This document shows, piece after piece, positions 9,142 through 19,525 of a stretch of 64,000 nt of DNA. The notes beneath the pieces are model-generated. The model worked only from the letters and a program-made list of their open reading frames with translations. It was not told the origin of the DNA and ran no database searches. The stretch spans positions 37,093-101,092 of the IMG/VR virus record IMGVR_UViG_3300029288_000111; one strand, given 5' to 3'. The position numbers and the translations under genes were made by a program. Source of the DNA: a virus (lineage: Duplodnaviria; Caudoviricetes). How positions within the stretch are numbered: position 1 is the first letter of the stretch; each line of letters opens with the position of its first letter.

Positions 9142-10197
9142 CTATGGCAGCGCGTGTGTGCGCGCCACCAGTGCCGATAGGTCCGGGGTTCGCAGGGCCG
9201 TCTCTACGGCGTCCGCATAGTCGGCCTGCATCGGGCTGCCGACCCCCCGCCAACGCGGCGTCTGGTTGTACAGCCAGACGATGCCGTTCTCCTCACTGCT
9301 CATCCCCCATGCCTGGCGGATGGAATACGCCAGTTCCTGCGGTGCGAACCAGTTGTTCGAGAGATCGACGGCATCCCAGGGGTAGACGCCATTCTGGTTG
9401 TCGAGCCATATCCCTTTCCCCTGCGCCATCTGCGCCGCCGCCACGGCCGCCGCCGCTGGGGAGAAGGCGCTAATGGGCAGCGCCAAGGCGGTATCTCTCG
9501 CCGCGCGGAACTGCGCGCAGGTGCGGTAGCCGTAGGACGGCTCAAACCCCTCGATCAGTCGGGTGCCCGAGTCCATCGTCTCCAACATCCCTTCGAAGAA
9601 CTCGAAGGCCAGTCCATAGAGCGCGTCCTCTGGGTTCGCTTCCTGCGTCCGGCGATACGCCGGGAAGTAGGGGCCATAGGGACAGAAAACGTGAATGGCT
9701 GGGAACTCCGCGTTGAGCGCAGCCATGAACGCCGCCCCCTGCACCTTCGCCTGCGCCTGGTATTCACCGAACGTGTGCGCGGCCTTGCGCCCGGCGTCGA
9801 AGCTGCTGTAAGTCCAGAGAACCGTGCCATACTCCTCGATGTCGAAACAGATCCCCCGGCAGCCCCCGAGGTAGGCCGTGCGCGCCATCAGACCGGCGTT
9901 GGCGAGTGTCGGCACCCAGTTTCCGAACAGATCAACGGCGTTGAGGATGTTGACGCGAGGGAAGTTGCTATCCCACCTCAGCCAGACCGTCGCCTGCAGA
10001 TCAGCCAGCGCCGCCGCGTAGTCTCCCTCTACCTGCGTTGTGGACGAGAGCACGTAGTTCCCGAGGTTGGTCGCGCCGTCCATCACCCAGAACACCACGC
10101 CCTGGAATGGCTCGCTCGCCTCCATCGCGAGGGAGTTGGCCCGCAGGTAGGCCGTGTCCTGGGTGTCAAAACCCCATTGTATGATGCGCCTTCTCAC
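9142..10197 (-). CDS. putative glycoside-hydrolase-like (TIM barrel) protein
   Basis: PFQGVVF, GCRGICFDIEEY, VWLYNQ..W pattern; aromatic-rich. Confidence 0.5.
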   Translation of the reverse strand: MRRRIIQWGFDTQDTAYLRANSLAMEASEPFQGVVFWVMDGATNLGNYVLSSTTQVEGDYAAALADLQATVWLRWDSNFPRVNILNAVDLFGNWVPTLANAGLMARTAYLGGCRGICFDIEEYGTVLWTYSSFDAGRKAAHTFGEYQAQAKVQGAAFMAALNAEFPAIHVFCPYGPYFPAYRRTQEANPEDALYGLAFEFFEGMLETMDSGTRLIEGFEPSYGYRTCAQFRAARDTALALPISAFSPAAAAVAAAQMAQGKGIWLDNQNGVYPWDAVDLSNNWFAPQELAYSIRQAWGMSSEENGIVWLYNQTPRWRGVGSPMQADYADAVETALRTPDLSALVARTHALP

Positions 10198-10199
10198 AT

Positions 10200-10421
10200 C
10201 TACTCCAAATCCTCAACCCAGACGAAACGCCCGTCGGCCTTCATAATCGCTATGGTTGCGGGCGGCGCGTCTACCTCCACGCGCATTGGTGCAGCCGGGC
10301 TTTCGAGGAGCGTTGCGCTGCCGCGAAGCTGGCCCTCATCGTCTATGTATGCCAACTGGACGCCGCCCCCGTAGGCAGGCGGTAGGTCATCCATGCTCGT
10401 CACCTCGAAGATCGATCTCAT
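10200..10421 (-). CDS. small hypothetical protein
   Basis: ATG 10421 with GAGGGG RBS. Confidence 0.55.
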   Translation of the reverse strand: MRSIFEVTSMDDLPPAYGGGVQLAYIDDEGQLRGSATLLESPAAPMRVEVDAPPATIAIMKADGRFVWVEDLE

Positions 10422-10432
10422 GCTAGCCCCTC

Positions 10433-12526
10433 TCAGGCGAACTGATTCAGGCCGTCCTCGTGCTCGCCGCTGGCCCCACCGGGCCACACCTCGAAATCAT
10501 CCAGAGTGTTCCCCTGGTAAGTGGAGAACACGCCCGCAAGCCGTGCGCTCGCGATGTCGGCATCTGCGATAGTACTGGCCGCGCCAACGGGCGTGCCGTT
10601 GTAGAACGCTCGGTAGGAGTTGTCGCGCCGGTGGACTTCGACGGCGGAACCGGCCACGTAGGTGATTGCGGATGGCACGATCACCGTTGACCACGAGCCC
10701 GCGACACACTTCCTGAGCGTGAGCGTGTAGTTCCCGGCTCCATCACTCACGATGGACGCCAACACGAGATTGGCTGGCGCCGCTGCGCTGTCCAGGGAGA
10801 TCGCCACGCCCGCCGGGTGCGTCGGGTCGGTAGCGTCGAGAGTGACTTTCGCTGAGACAATCACATCGCGGGTGGCCGGGTTGACCGATGAGAAGAGCTC
10901 ACTCAGGGTGAGCGGCTTCAGGGAGGCATCGTCTATCGTCACGTCGCAGGCCGCCGTGCGCACAAGGATCACGTCCGCATGACTGGCCAAGAACGAAGCC
11001 GACCGGACCCCGGTGGCGCCGAGCCGCCGGATGGCGGTGGCGTTGTTGAGGATGTCCAGTGTTCCCGTGGTGAGCGCCTTCACGTCCACACTCACCCGGT
11101 GCCAGGTATCTACGACGGCGACGGCCTGCTTGACTCCCATCGCCTTGCCGTTGTCAGACACGATCTGCGCCTGCCCCGCCGGATTCTCGGAGACGTAGTT
11201 CGTGCCGTCCTCCACGGCGTTGAGCGTCCAGTTGTCCGGGTCGCCCCCCGTCCATGCCGCGAAGTTCCCGTTGACGAGTGCCTCCGCGCCCGGCGTCGGG
11301 GTATTCAGCACCGCCCCCGCGCCGTTGAGCGTCCAAAGCCCGTCGTCAGTCCATGCCATGCCCGCCCCGCCGTTTGCCTCCGCGTGCCCCTCACCGTCGC
11401 TGAGGCGGCCGTTCAGGACCCCCGCCAGCCCCCCGAACGCATCACTCACCAGCGGCTGGGGGAGCCACAGCGTCAGGGTACTGGAACTCTTGAGGTTGTC
11501 AGCGGTGAGACCCGTGGCGACGGTGGCGGAGATGTAGGCGGTGGCACCGAGGTACATCGTCGCGGTTGTGCCGATTCGACAGACGTACACCAGGGTCCAC
11601 TTTGCGAATGCGCCTCCACGGACGAAGAAGAACGCACCAGTGCTCCGAAGGACAATGGCAACCCGGTACGTCGCGGCTGCATAGGTGGCGGCGGTCTTGT
11701 TGCCGCTGCCGGAAATCATGCAACGCAGGTCCGCAGCGGAGTCTAACCACAAGGCGTAGGGAGTGCCCAGGATCCCGGGGTTGGATGCGGCAAATCCGAA
11801 CCGCTGTTCCTGGTTCGTTGCCGCGGGCGTGAGATCGGCACAAGCTACAAACCCCGCCCGGCGAGTGATTGCCCGGTCGTACCAGAGTCCGGGGTTCTCC
11901 CACGACGCCGGGTTGCCCGCGTCCGCCGCCTTGGAGAACGTCAGCTTCCCGGCGGCCACCGAGAGCGCGTTGACAGTATCCACCACGTTTCTGGTATCCG
12001 CACTTCCGTCCGAGGCCGTGCCATCCACCGAACCGGCGCCGTGGGCGGTCGTGAAGGCATCCACAAACGCCGTCAGGGTCGCCAACAGGTCCACTCCGCT
12101 GGCGATCACCAGCGCCTTCAGGGACTCCAGTTCGGCGCGCAGGCCCAGGATGTAGTTCGCCACGTCTTCGCCGTAGGTCACGGCGCTGAAGACCCGTTTG
12201 TGTTCTCCCGGGGGCAGCGATGACGAGCGACCGGAGGCGCTGAGGCCCGAACGCGCCGCCGCTGCCGTGGACGCTCCGGTGCCACCGTCGGCAACGGCCA
12301 GGTCGGTGATGCCCGTGACCGTGCCCCCGGCGATGGCCACGGTGGCGCCGATGATCGACCACAGGTCCGCCAGGGCGGCACAGGCGAGGGTCGTTACCGA
12401 GAAGTCCGTGACAGGGAGCCCCTCGAACTTGCGCAGCGCGGCGTTGAAGCGGGGGAAGTCATCGTCGGCGAAAGTGGACGGGTCTACCCGTAACTGCTGG
12501 GCCGTTGTCGTCGGGATGGATGGCAT
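10433..12526 (-). CDS. tail fibre / receptor-binding protein with CBM- or lectin-like domains
   Basis: 697 aa Ala/Gly/Thr-rich; ITDLAVADGGTGAS fibre motif; LVNGNF..W CBM-like start. Confidence 0.7.
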   Translation of the reverse strand: MPSIPTTTAQQLRVDPSTFADDDFPRFNAALRKFEGLPVTDFSVTTLACAALADLWSIIGATVAIAGGTVTGITDLAVADGGTGASTAAAARSGLSASGRSSSLPPGEHKRVFSAVTYGEDVANYILGLRAELESLKALVIASGVDLLATLTAFVDAFTTAHGAGSVDGTASDGSADTRNVVDTVNALSVAAGKLTFSKAADAGNPASWENPGLWYDRAITRRAGFVACADLTPAATNQEQRFGFAASNPGILGTPYALWLDSAADLRCMISGSGNKTAATYAAATYRVAIVLRSTGAFFFVRGGAFAKWTLVYVCRIGTTATMYLGATAYISATVATGLTADNLKSSSTLTLWLPQPLVSDAFGGLAGVLNGRLSDGEGHAEANGGAGMAWTDDGLWTLNGAGAVLNTPTPGAEALVNGNFAAWTGGDPDNWTLNAVEDGTNYVSENPAGQAQIVSDNGKAMGVKQAVAVVDTWHRVSVDVKALTTGTLDILNNATAIRRLGATGVRSASFLASHADVILVRTAACDVTIDDASLKPLTLSELFSSVNPATRDVIVSAKVTLDATDPTHPAGVAISLDSAAAPANLVLASIVSDGAGNYTLTLRKCVAGSWSTVIVPSAITYVAGSAVEVHRRDNSYRAFYNGTPVGAASTIADADIASARLAGVFSTYQGNTLDDFEVWPGGASGEHEDGLNQFA

Positions 12527-14097
12527 CAGAGCGTTCCTTTCACGTCCAGGACAATGACATCGCCAGCGACGAGATCGTTGACGCCGTCATTCACGAACTC
12601 AACCTGGCCGTTCGCATCCGACGTGGAGCCGTCGAACATGCCCGGATCGATGTCCGCGTGCCAGCGACGGATGTCACTCAGGCCGGTGATGATCACCACG
12701 CGCCCCCATGCCACCTCGGCGGCTGTCACGGTGTGCTGGACTGTATATTCGTACAGGACGGCGGGTACCAGCTCGTCCGCATTGTCCTGCGCGGCCACCT
12801 CAGCCGGGTGGCTGCTCGTCAGCGTCATTGTCGCGCCGGGCTCAACCGTGGCGATGTCGATGTAGGCGGTATCGGTGGGATGGACGGCCGAGTTCAGCAC
12901 CGTGCCCTGGTTCGCGACGATGGCTGCGCGAAGCGCCGTAGCGGTCAGCGCCGCCGTGCCCCCGATCAGCACCTGCACGTTCCCCGCGCCCACGCCTCCG
13001 CCGTCGTCGAACTCATAGACGACGCTGCTGAGGACTCCCCCGGGTGGCGTCACGTCGATCTGGAGGGTACGCCCGTCGGCGGGGTTCGAGAGGATGCCGA
13101 GGAAGCCTGTGGCTGGACGCCCGGCATCGAGGATCGTGTTGACGAGCGCGAACGTCGGATTACCAGCAACCCCAGCCGGGTTGGTAATGCCAAAGCCATC
13201 CGATGGCGCGGTCAACGTGCGCAGAGCCCAGGTGTTTCCTGCCGTCCTGGTGGCGATGCCCGTTGTAGCTAGTGCCGCCACCGCATCGAGGTCATCATCG
13301 TGCGCCTGCACGTCCACGCCGATCTCGGCGTCCAGCGGCACGATGTTCGTGGCATCGCACCATACGACCATCGCCGACCCCTGCGTCACCTCCACGCCCG
13401 TGCCGGCCGCTGTCTTGACCGTGACCGTGAAGGCGCCCGTGGTGTCGTTCTTGACCCAGAGGAAACGGCCCGACAAGGTCTCCAGGATCACGTTGCGGTT
13501 GCCGGTCAGAAGGCCGGTCAGAGTCAAGACTCCGGTGTCGAACTCCCCGGCGATGAGCGTCACGTCGCCCGGCCCACCCGCGATGCTGACCGACGTTCCC
13601 TCGGCCATCAGTCGCCGCGCCGCTACCAGCGCACTCCCCAGGTGCGTCCTCCCCGCGGGCGCGTCGTCAATACTCGTCACCTCCGTGCCGTCCGTGACGC
13701 AGGTGAGCAGGAGACATGAGTCGGCGGGCGCGACCCCCGTCACGTTCGCGACGATGTTCAGCCCCGTTACCGGGTCCGCCTCTTGGAGCAGGTAGAGGTA
13801 GTTCGTATCGCTCGCGGTGAGGTTCAGCACCTTCACGGCGGCCGCGTTCCAGACGATCTTCTTCGCCCCGGCCGCCCCTGGGAAGCCGATGCCGGTGGCG
13901 ATCTGGATGCTCAGTTCTCCCGCCACGATGGACCCCGCGAAGTCCGTCGGGCTGCGCACCGTCGCCCCGAGGAGATCGGCCAGCAACACCAGCACCGACT
14001 CCAACGAGTCGCTCCAGTTGTTCACGTCGCTCGGGTTCAGGTACGAAAGCGGCGAGAGCGTTTTTCCGTTCGCGAACCTCCAGACTGTCGTTGACAT
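12526..14097 (-). CDS. tail fibre protein
   Basis: LTGLLTGNRNV..NDTTGAFTVTVK and IGVDVQAHDDDLDA fibre motifs. Confidence 0.75.
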   Translation of the reverse strand: MSTTVWRFANGKTLSPLSYLNPSDVNNWSDSLESVLVLLADLLGATVRSPTDFAGSIVAGELSIQIATGIGFPGAAGAKKIVWNAAAVKVLNLTASDTNYLYLLQEADPVTGLNIVANVTGVAPADSCLLLTCVTDGTEVTSIDDAPAGRTHLGSALVAARRLMAEGTSVSIAGGPGDVTLIAGEFDTGVLTLTGLLTGNRNVILETLSGRFLWVKNDTTGAFTVTVKTAAGTGVEVTQGSAMVVWCDATNIVPLDAEIGVDVQAHDDDLDAVAALATTGIATRTAGNTWALRTLTAPSDGFGITNPAGVAGNPTFALVNTILDAGRPATGFLGILSNPADGRTLQIDVTPPGGVLSSVVYEFDDGGGVGAGNVQVLIGGTAALTATALRAAIVANQGTVLNSAVHPTDTAYIDIATVEPGATMTLTSSHPAEVAAQDNADELVPAVLYEYTVQHTVTAAEVAWGRVVIITGLSDIRRWHADIDPGMFDGSTSDANGQVEFVNDGVNDLVAGDVIVLDVKGTL

Positions 14098-14100
14098 CCT

Positions 14101-14349
14101 CTACTCCTCCGGCCCGAGGGCGTAATCCGTATCGCCCAGGGGCGAGAACCCCAGCGCGAACCAGATCGTCGCCCGCGCCCCGCCGAACCCCCCGCTCACC
14201 GCCGTGGCGCCACTCAGGCGGATCGGCCCCGATACGTCGCCCCCGACCACCCGCTGCACCATCGCCGCGCTCGTCTCGCTGTCCAGTTCGCTCGTGGCCG
14301 CCCCGGAGAACTCCTGCTCGCCGGCAGCGGCGAAGTTCACCTTCGCCAT
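14101..14349 (-). CDS. small tail-region protein
   Basis: Packed ORF with RBS. Confidence 0.6.
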   Translation of the reverse strand: MAKVNFAAAGEQEFSGAATSELDSETSAAMVQRVVGGDVSGPIRLSGATAVSGGFGGARATIWFALGFSPLGDTDYALGPEE

Positions 14350-14352
14350 CGA

Positions 14353-15177
14353 CTAACTCCAGGTCCAGGGGAGTTCCCATGCGAGTTCTCCCACCGGCAG
14401 CGCCGGCTCGTTCGTGGCGACGAAACTCTTCGCCGTGGCCAGCACCGCCGCCAGCAGCAGGTTGCCCGCCGCCGCGGCGTCCATCAGCGCCAGGTGCGTC
14501 ACCGGACCGACGGGGCCCGCCAGCGCCGCCCAGGCCACCTCCGCCGCGTTTGCCAGGATCCGTCCGTAAGTGGTGGGGAAGATCGCCGTACTCACGTCTA
14601 CCCGCGCCACCCCTGCGGGCTCCGAGAGGCCGCTGCCGTCCTGATCCGGGTCCGCCAGGGAGAGCGCCAGGTGGAGTGCCGCCGGCATCGCCCAGGCCCC
14701 CTGCCCCAACAGGTGCGCCAGGAGGGCGTTCGCCACGTCGTCGCTCGCTCCTCCGAGGGTTGCATCCCAGGGGAGAGAGAAGTCCAACTCCCCCGCGGGG
14801 ATCTTCAGCGTGCCGCCGATCCCCACCGTCACGGCCGGCGCGAGCGCGTGGCTCGTCCAGTACTCGCTCCCCGCCGAGGCCGAGGCGTAGGGAGAGGTGA
14901 AGTAGTAGCCGATCTCTCCCCAGGCGGCCGTTGCCTTCGCGAAGCTGATGATGCCGCTGTTCGTCGCCGCCCGCGCGGCCGCCGCCCCCATCGAGGCGGT
15001 GATGTTCACTCGCGCGTAGGCGGCATCGGTCGGCTCGCTAATCCCGCTGCCGTCCGGGAGCGGGTCCGTCACCGAAGCCCCCAGGTAGATCGACCCGGGC
15101 AGCGCCCACGTCGCCTTGCGCGCGAGGTGGTTCCAGACGCGCTGGCAGAGCGCGTCGCTGAAACCTGTACTGGCCAT
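14353..15177 (-). CDS. minor tail protein with two homologous domains
   Basis: Internal duplication: DP..DGSG.SEP..ARV..N..F/W..P.GEL twice. Confidence 0.75.
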   Translation of the reverse strand: MASTGFSDALCQRVWNHLARKATWALPGSIYLGASVTDPLPDGSGISEPTDAAYARVNITASMGAAAARAATNSGIISFAKATAAWGEIGYYFTSPYASASAGSEYWTSHALAPAVTVGIGGTLKIPAGELDFSLPWDATLGGASDDVANALLAHLLGQGAWAMPAALHLALSLADPDQDGSGLSEPAGVARVDVSTAIFPTTYGRILANAAEVAWAALAGPVGPVTHLALMDAAAAGNLLLAAVLATAKSFVATNEPALPVGELAWELPWTWS

Positions 15178-15662
15178 CAGTATCCCTTCATCGCCGGGTT
15201 GCGGATCGCCGGCGTCAGCGTCTCACCCTCGGCCCACACCGGCCCGCCGCACCCCGGACACGCCTTCCCGCCGCTCTCCGGGGCGCACCGGGCGCACCAG
15301 TGCCTGCCGCACCCGAGACAGCGCCGGTCGGCCGCTCCGCCGCACCGGCAGGTAGGCCCCGCCGGTTCCGCTCGCGGCGCTTCCGTGCCCCACGCCCACC
15401 GCCGCCGCTGCAGTTCGCGCAGCTCCCGGTGCGCCTCCACCAGCCGGCGGCCCTCGGGGGTATTCGCTTCGGGATCCCCCTGCCGGAGCCCATCCATCGC
15501 TGCCTGGAACTCCGCTTCCGCCGCCTGCTCCAGCTCGGGGAAGGAGCGCAGCGGTGCCATCTCGTCGAGGAAGCCGAACAGCGCCGCCGTCTGCGTCAGA
15601 TCAAGAACCGGCCCGTGATCTGGCTCGTCATGTCCTGCGGCCCCTGTGGGGAGAGCGTCCAT
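15177..15662 (-). CDS. hypothetical Cys-rich protein (start uncertain)
   Basis: 3' part of ORF 15177..16145 fills the gap; CRC..CLGC..CARC..CPGC. Confidence 0.45.
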   Translation of the reverse strand: MDALPTGAAGHDEPDHGPVLDLTQTAALFGFLDEMAPLRSFPELEQAAEAEFQAAMDGLRQGDPEANTPEGRRLVEAHRELRELQRRRWAWGTEAPRAEPAGPTCRCGGAADRRCLGCGRHWCARCAPESGGKACPGCGGPVWAEGETLTPAIRNPAMKGY

Positions 15663-18034
15663 GAGTTGGTCATCTCCATGATGTAGAACGGCACGAGCGC
15701 CGCGCCCGAGCGCAACTCGCTCACCCAGATCGTGTCCATCGGATAGAGCTGCGGCTGCATCCAGGTCTCGATCTGCACCTCCCACTCGGGGATCCGCAGC
15801 ATCGCGAGGAGGCGGTTGGCGGCGCTGCTGGCGAACGGGAGACTGGCGAATCGGCTGTCCACCCAGACGAGCGGTGCCCGGTAGCCGACGTAGTTCGACG
15901 GCTCCGCCCCCGGCGCGGCCAGGATACTGGCGGCGTCCTCCCGCTTGCTGATGATCGGGTTCCAGCCGTTGGAGAAGACATCGATCCCGATCAGGAGGAT
16001 CACGTTGCGAACGTTCTCCACCGAGGTGCGGAACCGGAAGTGGCGGAACTCCGCCAGGTCCTTTCCCCAGTCCGAAGCGCCGCTGCCCCCCTTGGGATCC
16101 TCGTAGAACGTCTTGACCGCCGTGCCGCGTGTCTCCGGGATCCACCGCTCGTACCGGAAGTAGGCCTGCGCGTCAATGTAGAACAGCCAGGCGCGCACCC
16201 GCCGGATGTACTCGATCAGGTCGCGCCCGGTCATCATCCGGTTGCGCGGCGTCCAGGCGTTGATGCCATACCCCATCGGCAGGAAGTATGGCTCCGGGTC
16301 TCCCGGCGCACTGCTGTAGGGATCGCTGGGGATCAGCGCCTGGAACGCCATCATCGAGCGGGGAATGCCGCACTTCTCCAGTACCCAGGCGATGGCCGCG
16401 TAGTGATTCCACCCGTCCATCACCGGCACGCTCCCCATCGCCTGATTGAGCACCGGCATCAGGTCGGTGCAGCAGATCGAGAGCGTTGCCCGGTTCGCCT
16501 CCATCTTCTCGAAGTCGAACGTGCGCGCCATGCCGGTGAAGCGCCGGTACATGTTCCCCGGGCGGTTCGGCGCCGGCGAGCCCTTCACGTAATCAAGCGT
16601 CGCCGGGCTCGCGTACCCCAGGTCGAGGCTGATGGCGCGCGCCCCGCTCATTCCCGCCCACTGTCCATACCAGTTGTCGACGTTGAACTCCAGGCTGTGG
16701 TGCACGGTGAGGGCGTTCGGGTCGAACCGGATCCGCTCCACCACGCGGTTCTTCGGGATCAGGTTCCGCCCCATCGCCGGGGAGGCCACCCAGATCCCGT
16801 CCGTGCGCACGTCCACCCGCGTCGCCACCGCCGTCAGGTCGGCGAAGTCAACGCCCTCGTACTCCCCCGAGATGTCACTGCTCTGCTCGTTCGTCAGGTC
16901 CAGCTTGTAATTGTGCTCGCTCGTCACCCAGGAACCGTAGGCGGAGCACTTCAGGATGCTCCCCGAGGGAAAGTTGACGTGCCACTCCTGCCCTGAGGCG
17001 AGTTTCTGCACGCCCGAGGCCCCCATCAGCGTGTAGTACGGCTGCGTCTCCGGAATGAACCCCAGGGAGATCGGCATCCCGCGCAGCCAACTCGCCGTGG
17101 CCCAGCGGTGCAGGAACACATCCCCCCGCAACCGCCAGAAGTAGGCGCCTCGCAGGTGGATCTCGCTGATCAACGGCCAGGTGTTGTTGTACCCGGCCAC
17201 CGGCGTCACGTCCACCAGCGTGTCGGTGCTCGGATGGGGCACCGAGAAGTTCGCCGTGGCGCCGCCGGCGCTGATCTGCACGATCCCGTTCAGGAAGCGC
17301 ACGTCGAGCGGGAAACTCCCCTTCGCCCCGTGATTGTTCGTGATGATCGCCGTGTCACCGGCCAACTTCAGGTTCATCGCCAGCGTCACCGCGCCGGACC
17401 CCCACACCGAGCCGTCGTTCGTCGCCCGCTGCACCGTGACGTACTCGGCGTTGCCGAAGATCACGCTGTAGAGGTAACTCCCGATCACGAACTGGACGGC
17501 GAACCAGGGCGCCACCGTCTTCGAGAGGTTCGTCGGCAGACTCCGCTCCAGGAGCACCAGGAACCCCTGCGCTTTCACTAGGAACGGCTGCGGGTCCTCG
17601 GTGCTATCGGTGTCTCGGAAGTAGATGCTGCCGGAGAAGGTGGTGTCGGTGTCGTTTCCCGTGCCATTCCACAGTACGTCGAAATACTGCTGCCCCCAGG
17701 GCACCCCGCGGAAGAAGTGGATCAGGGCGTTCGCCGAGAGGGCGACATCCTCCCACTCCAGTGCCGGCAGGTCGGCATTCACCCAGTCATCTTCGTCTAC
17801 CACCTGCGCGCCGAGGCCGTGCCCTGCCTTCAACTTCTGGTGGAACGGCACCAGTACCTGCTTCGCGTGCACGCACCCGGCGATGGGGTCTACCCGCAGC
17901 CACGACATTCCCTGCGAGGTGGACCCGGAGTAGCGCGCCAACAGGTCCGGAATGCAGCTCTGGGCTTGCCGCTGGTAGGGGAACATCGAGTGCAGCGGCG
18001 TCATCTCGATCCGACCGGCCGCTTCGACTTGCAT
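15596..18034 (-). CDS. tail tip / baseplate hub-like protein
   Basis: 812 aa downstream of tape measure; assigned by position and composition only. Confidence 0.65.
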   Translation of the reverse strand: MQVEAAGRIEMTPLHSMFPYQRQAQSCIPDLLARYSGSTSQGMSWLRVDPIAGCVHAKQVLVPFHQKLKAGHGLGAQVVDEDDWVNADLPALEWEDVALSANALIHFFRGVPWGQQYFDVLWNGTGNDTDTTFSGSIYFRDTDSTEDPQPFLVKAQGFLVLLERSLPTNLSKTVAPWFAVQFVIGSYLYSVIFGNAEYVTVQRATNDGSVWGSGAVTLAMNLKLAGDTAIITNNHGAKGSFPLDVRFLNGIVQISAGGATANFSVPHPSTDTLVDVTPVAGYNNTWPLISEIHLRGAYFWRLRGDVFLHRWATASWLRGMPISLGFIPETQPYYTLMGASGVQKLASGQEWHVNFPSGSILKCSAYGSWVTSEHNYKLDLTNEQSSDISGEYEGVDFADLTAVATRVDVRTDGIWVASPAMGRNLIPKNRVVERIRFDPNALTVHHSLEFNVDNWYGQWAGMSGARAISLDLGYASPATLDYVKGSPAPNRPGNMYRRFTGMARTFDFEKMEANRATLSICCTDLMPVLNQAMGSVPVMDGWNHYAAIAWVLEKCGIPRSMMAFQALIPSDPYSSAPGDPEPYFLPMGYGINAWTPRNRMMTGRDLIEYIRRVRAWLFYIDAQAYFRYERWIPETRGTAVKTFYEDPKGGSGASDWGKDLAEFRHFRFRTSVENVRNVILLIGIDVFSNGWNPIISKREDAASILAAPGAEPSNYVGYRAPLVWVDSRFASLPFASSAANRLLAMLRIPEWEVQIETWMQPQLYPMDTIWVSELRSGAALVPFYIMEMTNSWTLSPQGPQDMTSQITGRFLI

Positions 18035-19435
18035 CTACGCCCAGCTCCCCGTGCCGTCGTTCGAGACCGCCCGGCACTTCACGATCTGCACGTCCTGGCT
18101 GGTGTCAATGTAGGCGAACGCCAGCACGTCTTCGCCCTCCTCACTCACCACGAACGACCCCTTGCCGCTCGGGCTCGTCAGCGCCATGCTCACCTCGCCG
18201 CTCCACACACCGTCATCCGGCTTCACCCGGCACACCCAGGCCGTGCCGTTCCACCCGGCGAACACCCGCCGCCGCTTCTGCCTCACGCTGCTCTGCGCCG
18301 TGTAGCTGCCCGCGATGCTCACCAAGGTCCAGGTCCTCCCGTGATCGTAACTGCGCGCCACGTAGGCGGTGCTCCCTCGCAGGTAGCTCCCCTCAATGAG
18401 CGGTGCCTCCGCCTGCTGGAAGCTCGGCCAGGTGCAACCCGCGTTCCCGTCAATGGTGAAGTCGGCAGGGCTGGCGTCGTCGGGGTCGTAGACACTGGCG
18501 ATCAGGTGCCCGCTGGTGTCGACGTGGACGACGACGAGCCGCTCGGCCCAGGTGCGGAAGGCGGAGAGACTCCCGGCGCCGCTCCCCGGTCCGATCAGCC
18601 AGTAGCGGAAGCCGTAGCCCTCCACCTGCTCGTAAGCGGAACCGGCCCAGGATCCGTCAATGCTCGCGGCGTGCGCGTGCGGCCCCGGTGCGGCGTAGTC
18701 CTCCTGGGAGATGGCGTAGGCTATCGCCTGCGCACCCCGGAACTGCCAGAAGTAGAGCCATGGTACGAAAGGGGCGTCCCTCACGTCGGCGCCCGAGGAG
18801 AGCAGCGTCAGCGTCGGAATGTCGGCCGCCGCCGAGACCACCGGGGGCGCCGGGGGCGGAACCGCGCCCCCGGTGATGGCCGCCACGCCTACCCGGTGAA
18901 CGAGCAGGCACATCACCACGTCATCCCAGTTCGCGGTTTCCGCCGCGTCGGGCGTCATGTCCTCGCTCTCGGAGACGCTCCCGCCCGCGCTCGGCCCGTA
19001 GTCCGCGTACAGGGACAGGGGCACCGCCGTCAACGTCCACCCCGACAGACCGTCGAGCCGGATGTTGCCGTCCGCGCTCCGCAGCGTGATCGCCACCGCC
19101 TTCGCCCACCACGTGGAGACGCAAGCGCCGCTCACCGTGAAGGCACCCGCGGCGTCTCCCGCGCGCACATCCCAGGCCCGGAAGTCCTGATACCGGCTGG
19201 CCGGCGAGGTGAACCGCAACCGACCATCGGCCGCGAACGTGACGCCCGAGGAGGGCATCATCCACCAGGGCGGAGGATAGTCGTGTACCTGGGCGGTGAT
19301 GTTGTAACACACGTACAGGCACACCAGGTCGCCAACCTGCGTGTCTACGTGCGGCGTGATGGTGAAGGAGATCGCCCCGGCCACCCCGGTCTGCTCTACC
19401 TCCACCACGCCGACCACTGTCGGGGGGCGAGACAT
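18035..19435 (-). CDS. tail structural protein
   Basis: 466 aa, RBS GGAGGG, first structural ORF after tape measure. Confidence 0.65.
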   Translation of the reverse strand: MSRPPTVVGVVEVEQTGVAGAISFTITPHVDTQVGDLVCLYVCYNITAQVHDYPPPWWMMPSSGVTFAADGRLRFTSPASRYQDFRAWDVRAGDAAGAFTVSGACVSTWWAKAVAITLRSADGNIRLDGLSGWTLTAVPLSLYADYGPSAGGSVSESEDMTPDAAETANWDDVVMCLLVHRVGVAAITGGAVPPPAPPVVSAAADIPTLTLLSSGADVRDAPFVPWLYFWQFRGAQAIAYAISQEDYAAPGPHAHAASIDGSWAGSAYEQVEGYGFRYWLIGPGSGAGSLSAFRTWAERLVVVHVDTSGHLIASVYDPDDASPADFTIDGNAGCTWPSFQQAEAPLIEGSYLRGSTAYVARSYDHGRTWTLVSIAGSYTAQSSVRQKRRRVFAGWNGTAWVCRVKPDDGVWSGEVSMALTSPSGKGSFVVSEEGEDVLAFAYIDTSQDVQIVKCRAVSNDGTGSWA

Positions 19436-19456
19436 GGACTATCCCTCCGATTTCCG

Positions 19457-19482
19457 GGAACGTTTTCCACCCTCGTGCGTTA
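19457..19482 (+). promoter_or_regulatory. ECF-type promoter GGAAC-N16-CGTTA
   Basis: GGAAC gttttccaccctcgtg CGTTAGC. Confidence 0.8.
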
Positions 19483-19525
19483 GCAGTGGTAGCGGACGAC
19501 TTCGGCCGCCGAAAGGAGAAGAACT

